Origin: Escherichia coli
GTDB lineage: Bacteria > Pseudomonadota > Gammaproteobacteria > Enterobacterales > Enterobacteriaceae
DNA: 64,000 bases
Direction: 5' to 3' (one strand)
Assembly: GCF_044324785.1 (NCBI RefSeq)
Contig: NZ_CP172127.1
Shown here: positions 33,949 through 47,569 of the stretch, in pieces
Position numbering within the stretch: the first letter of the stretch is position 1
Layout of the letters: every line of letters begins with the position of its first letter
Made by a program: the position numbers and the translations under genes
The notes under the pieces: generated by a model
What the model was told of the DNA's origin: nothing
Database searches by the model: none
The model's input: the letters and a program-made list of their open reading frames with translations, nothing else

Positions 33949-34410
33949 TTACGGATTCTCCTTATTCTTCCTTCTATCCATTCGCTTTAGCTTTTTGAGA
34001 TCTTGAAGTTTGCTCTTTGCATCAATATTACCGTTATTTACAGCGAATTCCATCCAATAAATAGCTTTATTCAAATTATAATGTTCTGATAATATTGGAT
34101 TTGTATCCGATAAAAAAACCCCATAATTAAACTGCGCTGTAACATTCCCCTGAGATGCTGATCTTTCTAAGTATCGCAATTGTTTGTAAATGTTATTTTT
34201 AGTAAAGCAGTAATATTGATATAGTCGAAATGATGCCTCTGAATCACCATGTTGTGATTTATACTTCAGTTTCATCAACTTTTCTTCACTTAAATCATAG
34301 GTCATTGCTGTAGACCCCATCATACTTTCGTTTTGTTTTATTTTCACATCAGCACCATGCAATTGAAAAATAAAAGAAAAATAAAAAAATAGTAACAAGC
34401 ATGCTTTCAT
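33949..34410 (-). CDS. Sel1-like repeat protein with N-terminal signal peptide; candidate cognate Rhs immunity protein (RhsI)
   Basis: 153-aa AT-rich ORF starting 12 bp downstream of the main rhs stop; signal-like N-terminus MKACLLLFFYFSFIFQLHGA; Sel1/TPR-like motifs (...YQYYCFTKNNIYKQLRYLERSASQGNVTAQFNYGVFL...). Confidence 0.65.
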   Translation of the reverse strand: MKACLLLFFYFSFIFQLHGADVKIKQNESMMGSTAMTYDLSEEKLMKLKYKSQHGDSEASFRLYQYYCFTKNNIYKQLRYLERSASQGNVTAQFNYGVFLSDTNPILSEHYNLNKAIYWMEFAVNNGNIDAKSKLQDLKKLKRMDRRKNKENP

Positions 34411-34421
34411 ACATCTACAAC

Positions 34422-37400
34422 CTATCTTATATCACTGGGTTTTTCTGGCGTACCTTGCATATTAGAAATGGGGTGCCCAGATGGCCCATATGTTATCCAA
34501 TTACCAAGGTCTTTTGTTGTTATAGCCATTAGATCCTTATTTGAATTAAGGTTCGTTGGTGCTGTTAGCACTGTATCCATTTTTAACTTACCATTAGTTC
34601 CTCGCCCCCACCACGTCCATAGCGTGTCAGGTCCTATTACATTTGTATGTAACTCTTTAGCTAATTGGCTAGCAAATGAATTTTGTCCTTTACCTGTATT
34701 ACAAGAAAATAACCAAACTGTCATCCCATCTTTATAATTCCCATCAAATTTAATTAGATATGCTAGATCTTTAGCTGTCATGATACTGCGCGTTGCGGAT
34801 TCAATAGATGTGGGGGTACCATGCCCCCCGATTGTGAAAACGCCTGGGATATTAATCTCATCAGCTACAGAATGGATAAGATCACTTTCGGGGTATAAAT
34901 TTATATCAACCAAACCTTGCGGATCTACATTTATGACCGGATTCAACGGATACTGATAAAAATTCCATCCCCCCTTCAGCCCAATCGGATCCTGAGTGAT
35001 ATACCGCCCCTGCAGCGGGTCATAATAGCGGTGGCGGTTGTAATACAGGCCGGACTCCTCATCATACTGCTGACCCGGCAGGCGGATGAGCTGCTGCAGC
35101 TGGTGCGGGTTCTCTTCATTCAGCAGGTTGCCCCACTCATCGTATTCTGCGCACCATTCTGTTGCCCCTTCCGTGCTGACAAGCGCCAGCGGCAGGCCGC
35201 GATGGTCGCAGTGGTACAGGTGGATTTTTCGCGCCGGCGTGTACACCGGGTCCATCTGGTTTTGCATCTGCTCCACCGTCAGGCCGCACGATGCCAGCCA
35301 GCGGCGGCTTTCCTCACTCACCCGGTCAGTAAGGATTTCACTTTCCAGCCGGTCGAGCATCTGCACCAGCACCGGCGGGAACACCACACTGCCACCGTCT
35401 TCACCGCCGGACTGCTGAAGCGCATCCGCCAGGCTGCGGCGCTGCGTTTTCGCCAGCTCACCGGTGGCGGTTTCGACCCTGATGAGTGGCGTGAAGCTCC
35501 CCGGCTGATAAACCGTCTGGATGCGGGTTCTGTCGTTCTGTATCGTGGTCAGCCGGTCGCCGTCCCAGCCGTACCAGGTCACTTCCGGTTTCCGTGACAG
35601 CGACATCCAGCCCGTCAGGTCCCGTTCACGCCGCCACACCCGTTTTGCCACCCTGCGGCCCAGCGGGTCGTAAAGATAGCGACTTTCGACCAGCGGCTCT
35701 GCATATTGTGTCCGCGTGTAGTGCACCAGCCGGTGCTGACTGTCGTAATGGTACCGGTGAGTCCGCTCATCATCCGTGCGGATAACCCCTTCCGGGATGA
35801 GGTCGGTTTTCTCTGTCAGCCTGCCGTGACGGTCATACCAGTAAAGATAGTGCGCGTCACGGGCGATACGGTTATCCGGCCATGCGCTGAGGGTGCTGTC
35901 CGGGTGCAGCTCCGGGTCGGGCAGGCGGTTGCCCGCCGGGTCCGTGGCATACGGGATGCGGATATCAAGGTTCGCTGCCGTGGTGTGGACGCCGGTCAGC
36001 CTGCCGGTGTCGCTGTAGCTGTAACTCCGGGTCTGGCGCGGGCTGCTGATGCGGATGAGTTCGCCGTTGTCGTTCCAGGTGTAATCGCGGTCATACTGCA
36101 GGCTGTTCAGGTGCTGGCTCTGTAACTGCCCGGCAGGGGTGTAAGCGGTGGTGAGTTCATAACGGCCGAAGCTGCGCAGCGTTTCCCGGTGCAGGCGGTC
36201 GCGGGTGTACTCCACCAGCGGTGTGTCGCCGAGTTTCATGCCTGCCAGCCAGCCGCTGCCGTAAGTCAGCCATTCCACGGCGGGCAGGCTGTCCGGTATA
36301 CAGCGGTTCGCCAGCCCCTGCGCGTTGTACGCATGTCTGGTCTCATGCTGCCAGACCAGTGCTTCCGTCTGCGGGTGATGCACCGTCTGGCGCTCACCGG
36401 TCAGGCGGCCTTTCTCATCATACCCGTAATGCACCGTCACCCGGTGGCCTTCGCTGAGATGGCTGATGCCTGTCAGCCAGCCGCGTTCGTCATACTGCCA
36501 CTGCTCTGCAGGTTCACCCTTCACGGTACGCTGCGTGATGCGGTCTGCTTCGTCATAGTGCCAGTGGGTGACCAGCCCCTCATCCTCGCTGCGGATAAGT
36601 TTGCCGGTCAGGTCGTGGTGATAACGCTGTGTACGGCCGTCAAAGCCGGTTTCCTGTATCAGACGGTCAAGTACATCGTAACGGAAGGTGGTGTGGCTGC
36701 CGTTTTCACTGGTCAGGCGGATGACCCGTCCGGCAGCATCGTATTCCATACTGCGCGTCAGACCACCCTGCGTGGTACGGATGGCCTTTCCCCACGTATC
36801 GTACTGTGTCCCGTTTCTGCTGCCGTCCGGGGCAATGACGGCGGTCAGGTCACCGGCGGCGTTGTATTCATACCGCGTTTCATGGCCCTGCATGTCTTTC
36901 ACCGCAATTAACTGTCCACGGCTGTCGTATGCGCGGTACTGGCTCAGGCCTTCCTCGCGGTGCACCGCCGTCACCTGACCAAAACGGTCATGGTCATAAC
37001 GGGTTACATAACCGGAACAGTCAGTGACGGTCAGCAACTGACCGTAACGGCTCCATGTCATGGTTTTCCGGCTGCCGGTGGCATCTTCCGTTGCGCAGGG
37101 TAAGTCACTGTGTGGATTATCATAACGGTAGCGGGTGATATCGCCGTTGTGTGCGGTTTCCTGAATCAGACGGCCGGATTCATCATATTCCCGGCGCAAC
37201 TCCAGCCCGTCAGTCCCGGTGGCTGACGTTAACTGGTTGTGGTGGTTATAGTAAAACGCCGATGCCCTGCCATCCGGTGTGGTGATGCGCGTGATGAGTC
37301 CCGTCACCACATCCGGGCTGTACTCAGTCGTCCGGCCTGCGGCATCCGTCTGTGCCTTAAGCCTGCCCACCGCGTCAAACTGACTCTGCGTGACGCTGCC

Positions 37401-38651
37401 GTCCGCGTGTTCCTTTTTCACCACCCGCTTCAGCCCGCCTTCGCCCTGCGTGTGCAGGACTTCACGGCGGTCCAGGCTGTCGGTGATGGTGATGTGGTCT
37501 TTCTCATACTGATACGTGTAGCTTAAGCCTGCCGGGTTTAGCTGTTCTGTCACCCGCCCGTCACTGTCGTAACGGTAACGGATTTCCGGCCGGCCCGTGT
37601 GACGGTGCGCCACCATCCGGCCCCGGTATTTATCATCGTAAGTAAAGCTGCGCACCTGTGTGCCGCTGCGGTCATACACCGCCGCCAGTTCGCCGCGTGG
37701 CGTCCAGCCATAGCGTACCAGCGGCGCGGCTGGCAGGTTGTCCGGATATTCCGGGTCGTGCGTCAGCCACACGGCAGACAGACGGATGCCGTTGTCCCGG
37801 CCATATTCGGTGTAACCCGGCAGGGTATCAGGAAAAGCGGACGGTTCCGCCCCGCCGGAAATGGCCTGCTGCCGGGCCTCTTCTGCCCGCAACGCCTGCG
37901 TGGTCAGTACCAGCCGGAAGTGACGCCCGGCACCATCCGTCACGCCGGTGATTTCGCCGCTGAATTCGCCGCCAGCCTCACGGTGGAACGTCTGTGTGCG
38001 CCCGAAGCGGTCCACCAGCCCGGTCAGTACCCGGTACGGCGGCAGTGGCGCAGGCAGCACCTCATCCGCCTCCGGCACCCGCTCACACCAGCCGAGTACC
38101 CACCACGGCCCCTGCGGACTGTTCGTCGCCAGATAACGATGCGGACTCAGGCGAAGCTCTTCCGGCAGCGCCTGCCAGAGTGCGGCCAGCCGGTGACCTT
38201 CATCCAGTTTCGCCACGCCGCCGCGCACCAGCCAGAGTGACTCGCTGCGGCTGTAACCGTCCTCACCGGGAAACAGGTGCTCAAAATACAGGCTTCTGCC
38301 GCCGTTATCACTGAGTATCAGTGTGTTATCGCGCAGCTGTAAGCGGATATCCGCAGGCATTTTCCAGCCGGGGCCGAGGCTCCCCACCGGCGCGGGCGTT
38401 TTTGTCCGGTAACTGCTGTAGGTGCGGGAGAGGATGAACGGCAGCGGGCCGGGCAGGGCAAGGTCGGTTTCTCCGGGAAGGACCTTCGCACCGAGCAGCG
38501 GATTGACCGGATGGCCGGACGTCACCCCGCCGGGGCACACCGAACAGGCCACGCCGGTGGGGGCACCAATACGTACCCCGGCTGAACCCTGAACAATGCT
38601 ACCGCCATACTGCGTCATGTCGCCCTGACGCGCCGCCGGTTTTCCGCTCAT
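34422..38651 (-). CDS. rhs: full-length Rhs protein (PAAR-like N-terminal domain, YD-repeat core, DPxGL, unique C-terminal toxin domain)
   Basis: 1409-aa ORF; N-terminus [42 protein letters not shown] typical of E. coli Rhs; many YD/RYxYD repeats; core ends ...[11 protein letters not shown]; 162-aa C-terminal domain ([10 protein letters not shown]...FTIGGHGTP...[10 protein letters not shown]...) not recognised by me. Confidence 0.95.
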   Translation of the reverse strand: MSGKPAARQGDMTQYGGSIVQGSAGVRIGAPTGVACSVCPGGVTSGHPVNPLLGAKVLPGETDLALPGPLPFILSRTYSSYRTKTPAPVGSLGPGWKMPADIRLQLRDNTLILSDNGGRSLYFEHLFPGEDGYSRSESLWLVRGGVAKLDEGHRLAALWQALPEELRLSPHRYLATNSPQGPWWVLGWCERVPEADEVLPAPLPPYRVLTGLVDRFGRTQTFHREAGGEFSGEITGVTDGAGRHFRLVLTTQALRAEEARQQAISGGAEPSAFPDTLPGYTEYGRDNGIRLSAVWLTHDPEYPDNLPAAPLVRYGWTPRGELAAVYDRSGTQVRSFTYDDKYRGRMVAHRHTGRPEIRYRYDSDGRVTEQLNPAGLSYTYQYEKDHITITDSLDRREVLHTQGEGGLKRVVKKEHADGSVTQSQFDAVGRLKAQTDAAGRTTEYSPDVVTGLITRITTPDGRASAFYYNHHNQLTSATGTDGLELRREYDESGRLIQETAHNGDITRYRYDNPHSDLPCATEDATGSRKTMTWSRYGQLLTVTDCSGYVTRYDHDRFGQVTAVHREEGLSQYRAYDSRGQLIAVKDMQGHETRYEYNAAGDLTAVIAPDGSRNGTQYDTWGKAIRTTQGGLTRSMEYDAAGRVIRLTSENGSHTTFRYDVLDRLIQETGFDGRTQRYHHDLTGKLIRSEDEGLVTHWHYDEADRITQRTVKGEPAEQWQYDERGWLTGISHLSEGHRVTVHYGYDEKGRLTGERQTVHHPQTEALVWQHETRHAYNAQGLANRCIPDSLPAVEWLTYGSGWLAGMKLGDTPLVEYTRDRLHRETLRSFGRYELTTAYTPAGQLQSQHLNSLQYDRDYTWNDNGELIRISSPRQTRSYSYSDTGRLTGVHTTAANLDIRIPYATDPAGNRLPDPELHPDSTLSAWPDNRIARDAHYLYWYDRHGRLTEKTDLIPEGVIRTDDERTHRYHYDSQHRLVHYTRTQYAEPLVESRYLYDPLGRRVAKRVWRRERDLTGWMSLSRKPEVTWYGWDGDRLTTIQNDRTRIQTVYQPGSFTPLIRVETATGELAKTQRRSLADALQQSGGEDGGSVVFPPVLVQMLDRLESEILTDRVSEESRRWLASCGLTVEQMQNQMDPVYTPARKIHLYHCDHRGLPLALVSTEGATEWCAEYDEWGNLLNEENPHQLQQLIRLPGQQYDEESGLYYNRHRYYDPLQGRYITQDPIGLKGGWNFYQYPLNPVINVDPQGLVDINLYPESDLIHSVADEINIPGVFTIGGHGTPTSIESATRSIMTAKDLAYLIKFDGNYKDGMTVWLFSCNTGKGQNSFASQLAKELHTNVIGPDTLWTWWGRGTNGKLKMDTVLTAPTNLNSNKDLMAITTKDLGNWITYGPSGHPISNMQGTPEKPSDIR
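34963..35957. repeat. ~1 kb direct repeat (rhs core 3' region), copy B, near-identical to 30642-31636
   Basis: See copy A; lies within the main rhs gene. Confidence 0.9.
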
Positions 38652-38770
38652 CGTAAAATCCTTTTGAAATAAATAAGAACCAGAAGCCTAGCGCCAGTCA
38701 ACAACAGGAAATGATAATGAGTTAACACCCCGGAATTTTTCAGAATTTATAAAAGGCAAATTACAGGCAC

Positions 38771-38799
38771 AAAAAAAGCGCCGTGCGGCGCTTTTTTCG
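38771..38799 (-). terminator. rho-independent terminator downstream of rpmE
   Basis: aaaaaaagcgccg-tgc-ggcgcttttttc hairpin flanked by A- and T-runs (potentially bidirectional); the 3' end of rpmE is at 38811. Confidence 0.7.
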
Positions 38800-38810
38800 G
38801 AAATCCGGTC

Positions 38811-39062
<252 letters not shown>

Positions 39063-39066
39063 CTAA

Positions 39067-41424
<2,358 letters not shown>

Positions 41425-41579
41425 ACCGCTCACGATGCGAGGCGGATCGAAAAATTCAATATTCATCACACTTTTCATGAAAATTCTGTAACCGTTTTCA
41501 CGCGCTATCTGCTAAAAATGTTGCCGATGTGAAGTAAACATGGATGTAGTACGCCTGACGTGCCAGGCGAGGAGTGAGT

Positions 41580-42605
41580 GTGAAAGCGAAGAAGCAGGAA
41601 ACTGCCGCGACCATGAAAGACGTTGCCCTCAAGGCAAAAGTCTCTACAGCGACTGTCTCCCGAGCATTAATGAATCCCGATAAAGTCTCCCAGGCCACCC
41701 GTAATCGGGTTGAAAAAGCGGCCCGGGAAGTGGGTTATTTACCGCAGCCTATGGGGCGCAACGTCAAGCGTAATGAATCCCGCACCATTCTGGTGATTGT
41801 CCCGGATATCTGCGATCCCTTCTTTAGCGAAATTATTCGCGGTATCGAAGTTACGGCGGCAAATCACGGATATCTGGTGCTGATTGGCGACTGTGCGCAT
41901 CAAAATCAGCAGGAAAAAACCTTTATCGATTTGATCATCACCAAGCAAATTGATGGCATGTTGCTGCTGGGTTCAAGGCTGCCGTTTGATGCCAGCATTG
42001 AGGAACAGCGTAATCTGCCGCCGATGGTGATGGCGAACGAATTTGCACCGGAACTGGAGCTGCCTACAGTTCATATCGACAATCTGACCGCCGCATTTGA
42101 TGCAGTAAATTATTTATATGAGCAAGGGCATAAACGGATTGGCTGTATAGCCGGTCCCGATGAGATGCCGCTGTGTCACTACCGCCTGCAAGGTTACGTT
42201 CAGGCGCTGCGTCGCTGCGGCATTATGGTTGATCCGCAATACATCGCCCGTGGTGACTTCACCTTCGAAGCCGGAAGCAAAGCAATGCAACAACTGCTTG
42301 ATCTTCCACAACCGCCTACTGCTGTCTTCTGCCATAGCGATGTGATGGCGCTCGGCGCACTTTCTCAGGCAAAACGCCAGGGGCTGAAAGTCCCGGAAGA
42401 CCTTTCCATAATCGGTTTTGATAACATCGACCTGACGCAATTTTGTGATCCGCCGCTGACAACCATCGCGCAGCCGCGTTACGAAATCGGTCGGGAAGCT
42501 ATGCTGTTATTGCTTGATCAAATGCAGGGGCAACACGTTGGCAGTGGCTCTCGTTTAATGGACTGCGAACTTATCATCCGGGGATCAACACGCGCGTTAC
42601 CTTAA
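41580..42605 (+). CDS. cytR: LacI-family transcriptional repressor CytR
   Basis: ORF from 41574; remembered CytR MKAKKQETAATMKDVALKAKVSTATVSRAL starts at GTG 41580 (341 aa). Confidence 0.93.
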   Translation: MKAKKQETAATMKDVALKAKVSTATVSRALMNPDKVSQATRNRVEKAAREVGYLPQPMGRNVKRNESRTILVIVPDICDPFFSEIIRGIEVTAANHGYLVLIGDCAHQNQQEKTFIDLIITKQIDGMLLLGSRLPFDASIEEQRNLPPMVMANEFAPELELPTVHIDNLTAAFDAVNYLYEQGHKRIGCIAGPDEMPLCHYRLQGYVQALRRCGIMVDPQYIARGDFTFEAGSKAMQQLLDLPQPPTAVFCHSDVMALGALSQAKRQGLKVPEDLSIIGFDNIDLTQFCDPPLTTIAQPRYEIGREAMLLLLDQMQGQHVGSGSRLMDCELIIRGSTRALP

Positions 42606-42696
42606 AGTAAACCTTTAAGACTGCCGTGACTGGTCAAAGGCCCGCCGCTTAAGTAACATGGCGGGCTGACGAACGAATAAATACAGCGAAACGATA

Positions 42697-43656
42697 GTGG
42701 CACAACGAGATTATGTACGCCGCAGCCAACCGGCACCTTCGCGGCGAAAAAAGAGCACCTCACGGAAAAAGCAACGAAATCTGCCTGCGGTTTCTCCCGC
42801 TATGGTCGCTATTGCTGCCGCCGTTCTTGTGACCTTTATCGGTGGTCTGTACTTCATTACGCATCACAAGAAAGAAGACTCCGAGACGCTGCAAAGCCAG
42901 AAAGTGACCGGAAACGGACTACCACCAAAACCAGAAGAACGCTGGCGCTACATCAAAGAGCTGGAAAGTCGCCAGCCGGGTGTGCGTGCGCCTACAGAAC
43001 CTTCTGCCGGTGGTGAAGTGAAAACGCCGGAGCAACTGACACCAGAACAACGCCAACTTCTTGAACAAATGCAGGCCGATATGCGCCAGCAGCCAACGCA
43101 GCTGGTTGAAGTTCCGTGGAATGAGCAGACGCCGGAACAGCGTCAGCAAACGCTACAGCGCCAGCGTCAGGCGCAGCAATTAGCGGAGCAGCAACGCCTG
43201 GCTCAGCAGTCGCGTACGACTGAACAAAGCTGGCAGCAGCAGACGCGTACGTCGCAAGCCGCACCGGTACAGGCGCAACCGCGCCAGTCTAAACCGGCTT
43301 CTACTCAGCAGCCGTACCAGGATCTGCTGCAAACTCCTGCGCACACGACCGCGCAGTCGAAGCCGCAGCAAGCTGCGCCGGTTGCTCGTGCCGCTGACGC
43401 GCCAAAACCGACGGCGGAGAAAAAAGACGAACGCCGCTGGATGGTGCAGTGCGGTTCGTTCAGAGGCGCGGAACAGGCAGAGACGGTACGTGCTCAGCTG
43501 GCGTTTGAAGGCTTTGACTCGAAGATCACCACCAACAATGGCTGGAATCGTGTGGTCATTGGCCCGGTGAAAGGCAAAGAGAACGCAGACAGCACCCTCA
43601 ATCGCTTGAAGATGGCGGGTCATACAAACTGCATTCGGCTCGCCGCCGGGGGTTGA
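42697..43656 (+). CDS. ftsN: cell division protein FtsN (SPOR domain)
   Basis: 319-aa ORF (GTG start) MAQRDYVRRSQPAPSRRKK; Gln/Pro-rich linker; C-terminal SPOR-like region. Confidence 0.95.
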   Translation: MAQRDYVRRSQPAPSRRKKSTSRKKQRNLPAVSPAMVAIAAAVLVTFIGGLYFITHHKKEDSETLQSQKVTGNGLPPKPEERWRYIKELESRQPGVRAPTEPSAGGEVKTPEQLTPEQRQLLEQMQADMRQQPTQLVEVPWNEQTPEQRQQTLQRQRQAQQLAEQQRLAQQSRTTEQSWQQQTRTSQAAPVQAQPRQSKPASTQQPYQDLLQTPAHTTAQSKPQQAAPVARAADAPKPTAEKKDERRWMVQCGSFRGAEQAETVRAQLAFEGFDSKITTNNGWNRVVIGPVKGKENADSTLNRLKMAGHTNCIRLAAGG

Positions 43657-43680
43657 AACCCTCAAAATCCCCCCCATCTA
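43652..43680 (+). promoter_or_regulatory. candidate sigma-32 heat-shock promoter of hslVU
   Basis: TTGAAA followed 13 bp later by CCCCATCTA, matching the sigma-32 consensus (CTTGAAA ... CCCCATnT), ~70 bp upstream of hslV; a gccccgtac...gtacggggt hairpin lies in the leader. Confidence 0.55.
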
Positions 43681-43748
43681 TAATTGCATTATGCCCCGTA
43701 CTTTTGTACGGGGTTTGTACTCTGTATTCGTAACCAAGGGGTCAGCTC

Positions 43749-44279
43749 GTGACAACTATAGTAAGCGTACGCCGTAACGGCCATGTGGTCATCGCTGGTG
43801 ATGGTCAGGCCACGTTGGGCAATACCGTAATGAAAGGCAACGTGAAAAAGGTCCGCCGTCTGTACAACGACAAAGTCATCGCGGGCTTTGCGGGCGGTAC
43901 TGCGGATGCTTTTACGCTGTTCGAACTGTTTGAACGTAAACTGGAAATGCATCAGGGCCATCTGGTCAAAGCCGCCGTTGAGCTGGCGAAAGACTGGCGT
44001 ACCGATCGCATGCTGCGCAAACTTGAAGCACTGCTGGCAGTCGCGGATGAAACTGCATCGCTTATCATCACCGGTAACGGTGACGTGGTGCAGCCAGAAA
44101 ACGATCTTATTGCTATCGGCTCCGGCGGCCCTTACGCCCAGGCTGCGGCGCGCGCGCTGTTAGAAAACACTGAACTTAGCGCCCGTGAAATTGCTGAAAA
44201 GGCGTTGGATATTGCAGGCGACATTTGCATCTATACCAACCATTTCCACACCATCGAAGAATTAAGCTACAAAGCGTAA
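43749..44279 (+). CDS. hslV: ATP-dependent protease subunit HslV
   Basis: 176-aa ORF (GTG start) [30 protein letters not shown]. Confidence 0.97.
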
Positions 44280-44288
44280 GGATCTCCC

Positions 44289-45620
44289 ATGTCTGAAATG
44301 ACCCCACGCGAAATCGTCAGCGAACTGGATAAGCACATCATCGGCCAGGACAACGCCAAGCGTTCCGTGGCGATTGCTCTGCGTAACCGCTGGCGTCGCA
44401 TGCAGCTCAACGAAGAGCTGCGCCATGAAGTGACCCCGAAAAATATCCTGATGATCGGCCCGACCGGTGTCGGTAAAACTGAAATCGCCCGTCGTCTGGC
44501 TAAGCTGGCGAATGCGCCGTTCATCAAAGTTGAAGCGACCAAATTCACCGAAGTGGGCTATGTCGGTAAGGAAGTGGATTCTATTATTCGCGATCTGACC
44601 GATGCCGCCGTGAAAATGGTACGCGTCCAGGCTATCGAGAAAAACCGTTATCGCGCTGAAGAACTGGCAGAAGAACGTATTCTCGACGTGCTGATCCCAC
44701 CTGCTAAAAACAACTGGGGACAGACCGAACAGCAGCAGGAACCGTCCGCTGCTCGTCAGGCATTCCGCAAGAAACTGCGTGAAGGCCAGCTTGATGACAA
44801 AGAAATCGAGATCGATCTTGCCGCAGCACCGATGGGCGTTGAAATTATGGCTCCTCCGGGCATGGAAGAGATGACCAGCCAGCTGCAGTCCATGTTCCAG
44901 AACCTGGGCGGCCAGAAGCAAAAAGCACGTAAGCTGAAAATCAAAGACGCCATGAAGCTGCTGATTGAAGAAGAAGCGGCGAAACTGGTGAATCCGGAAG
45001 AGCTGAAGCAAGACGCTATCGACGCTGTTGAGCAGCACGGGATCGTGTTTATCGACGAAATCGACAAAATCTGTAAGCGCGGCGAGTCTTCCGGTCCGGA
45101 TGTTTCTCGTGAAGGTGTTCAGCGTGACCTGCTGCCGCTGGTAGAAGGTTGCACCGTTTCCACCAAACACGGGATGGTCAAAACTGACCACATTCTGTTT
45201 ATCGCTTCTGGCGCGTTCCAGATTGCGAAACCGTCTGACCTGATCCCGGAACTGCAAGGTCGTCTGCCAATCCGTGTTGAGCTGCAGGCACTGACCACCA
45301 GCGACTTCGAGCGTATTCTGACCGAGCCGAATGCCTCTATCACCGTGCAGTACAAAGCACTGATGGCGACTGAAGGCGTAAATATCGAGTTTACCGACTC
45401 CGGTATTAAGCGCATCGCGGAAGCGGCATGGCAGGTGAACGAATCTACCGAAAACATCGGTGCTCGTCGTTTACATACCGTTCTGGAGCGTTTAATGGAA
45501 GAGATTTCCTACGACGCCAGCGATTTAAGCGGTCAAACCATCACTATTGACGCAGATTATGTGAGCAAACATCTGGATGCGTTGGTGGCAGATGAAGATC
45601 TGAGCCGTTTTATCCTATAA
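44289..45620 (+). CDS. hslU: ATP-dependent protease ATPase subunit HslU
   Basis: 443-aa [40 protein letters not shown]; Walker [16 protein letters not shown]. Confidence 0.97.
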
Positions 45621-45649
45621 TCGCGTTCAATCATTTTCATCATTGTTTG

Positions 45650-45675
45650 ATGGGGCTGAAAGGCCCCATTTTTAT
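45650..45675 (+). terminator. rho-independent terminator after hslU
   Basis: tgggg-ctgaaagg-cccca hairpin followed by a T-rich tail. Confidence 0.6.
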
Positions 45676-45686
45676 TGGCGCGTATT

Positions 45687-46613
45687 ATGACTGAACAACA
45701 AATTAGCCGAACTCAGGCGTGGCTGGAAAGTTTACGACCTAAAACCCTCCCCCTCGCCTTTGCTGCAATTATCGTCGGGACGGCGCTGGCATGGTGGCAA
45801 GGTCACTTCGATCCGCTGGTCGCCCTGCTGGCACTGATTACCGCCGGGCTATTACAGATCCTTTCTAACCTCGCCAATGATTACGGCGATGCGGTAAAAG
45901 GCAGCGATAAACCTGACCGTATCGGACCGCTACGCGGCATGCAAAAAGGGGTCATTACCCAGCAAGAGATGAAACGGGCGCTCATTATTACCGTCGTGCT
46001 CATCTGTCTCTCCGGGCTGGCACTGGTTGCAGTGGCGTGCCATACGCTGGCCGATTTTGTCGGTTTCCTGATTCTTGGCGGGTTGTCGATCATTGCCGCT
46101 ATCACCTACACCGTGGGCAATCGTCCTTATGGTTATATCGGTCTGGGTGATATTTCCGTACTGGTTTTCTTTGGCTGGTTAAGCGTCATGGGCAGCTGGT
46201 ATTTACAGGCTCATACATTGATTCCGGCGCTGATCCTTCCTGCGACCGCATGCGGCTTGCTGGCAACGGCAGTACTGAACATTAATAACCTGCGTGATAT
46301 CAATAGCGACCGCGAAAATGGCAAAAACACGCTGGTGGTGCGCTTAGGTGAAGTGAATGCGCGTCGTTATCATGCCTGCCTGCTGATGGGCTCTCTGGTG
46401 TGTCTGGCGCTGTTTAATCTCTTTTCACTGCATAGCCTGTGGGGCTGGCTGTTCCTGCTGGCGGCACCATTACTGGTGAAGCAAGCCCGTTATGTGATGC
46501 GGGAAATGGACCCGGTGGCGATGCGACCGATGCTGGAACGCACTGTCAAGGGAGCGTTACTGACTAACCTGCTGTTTGTTTTAGGGATATTCCTAAGCCA
46601 GTGGGCAGCATAA
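45687..46613 (+). CDS. menA: 1,4-dihydroxy-2-naphthoate octaprenyltransferase
   Basis: ORF from TTG 45675; ATG at 45687 gives MTEQQISRTQAWLESLRPKTLPLAFAAIIVG (308 aa), UbiA-family membrane prenyltransferase. Confidence 0.93.
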   Translation: MTEQQISRTQAWLESLRPKTLPLAFAAIIVGTALAWWQGHFDPLVALLALITAGLLQILSNLANDYGDAVKGSDKPDRIGPLRGMQKGVITQQEMKRALIITVVLICLSGLALVAVACHTLADFVGFLILGGLSIIAAITYTVGNRPYGYIGLGDISVLVFFGWLSVMGSWYLQAHTLIPALILPATACGLLATAVLNINNLRDINSDRENGKNTLVVRLGEVNARRYHACLLMGSLVCLALFNLFSLHSLWGWLFLLAAPLLVKQARYVMREMDPVAMRPMLERTVKGALLTNLLFVLGIFLSQWAA

Positions 46614-46705
46614 CTGACAAATATCAATTAACAATTGATGATTTTGCCAACAGCCTACATAGCGCGATATACTGAAAATTCTCGCAGCAACTGAATGTTA
46701 AGCCT

Positions 46706-47191
46706 ATGAAATACGATACTTCCGAGCTTTGTGACATCTATCAAGAAGATGTTAACGTCGTGGAACCGCTGTTCTCCAACTTTGGCGGACGGGCGTCGTT
46801 TGGCGGACAAATAATCACGGTAAAATGTTTCGAGGACAACGGGTTGCTGTACGATCTGCTCGAACAGAATGGCCGTGGTCGTGTTCTTGTCGTCGATGGC
46901 GGTGGTTCTGTTCGTCGCGCACTGGTCGATGCTGAACTGGCGCGTCTGGCAGTACAAAATGAATGGGAAGGTCTGGTCATTTACGGCGCGGTGCGTCAGG
47001 TAGATGACCTGGAAGAGTTGGATATCGGCATCCAGGCGATGGCGGCAATTCCGGTTGGTGCCGCTGGCGAAGGCATTGGCGAAAGCGATGTCCGCGTCAA
47101 TTTTGGCGGTGTTACCTTCTTCTCCGGCGACCATCTTTATGCCGACAATACCGGGATTATTCTTTCAGAAGATCCGCTGGATATTGAATGA
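46706..47191 (+). CDS. rraA: regulator of RNase E activity A
   Basis: 161-aa [49 protein letters not shown]. Confidence 0.95.
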
Positions 47192-47194
47192 TAG

Positions 47195-47221
47195 AAAAGG
47201 CACCGCAAGGTGCCTTTTTTC
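47195..47221. terminator. bidirectional rho-independent terminator between convergent rraA and zapB
   Basis: aaaaggcacc-gcaa-ggtgcctttttt. Confidence 0.75.
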
Positions 47222-47275
47222 TGCGTTACCTGTTGGCCTACACAGTAAAGAAATTACGCGGAAGATGAAGCGTAA

Positions 47276-47569
<294 letters not shown>

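Noticed and set aside
34468-38538. Numerous plus-strand ORFs inside the main rhs gene (34917-35597, 36189-36911, 37599-38240 and others)
   Set aside because: Antisense to a 1409-aa ORF with clear Rhs features; the GC-rich YD-repeat sequence gives long stop-free antisense frames. The duplicate peptides at 30710-31276 and 31273-31464 versus 34917-35597 and 35594-35785 simply reflect the direct repeat.
43180-45257. Long antisense ORFs within ftsN (43180-43677) and hslU (44262-45257)
   Set aside because: Opposite strand of confidently identified genes; Arg/Leu-rich low-complexity translations typical of antisense frames.
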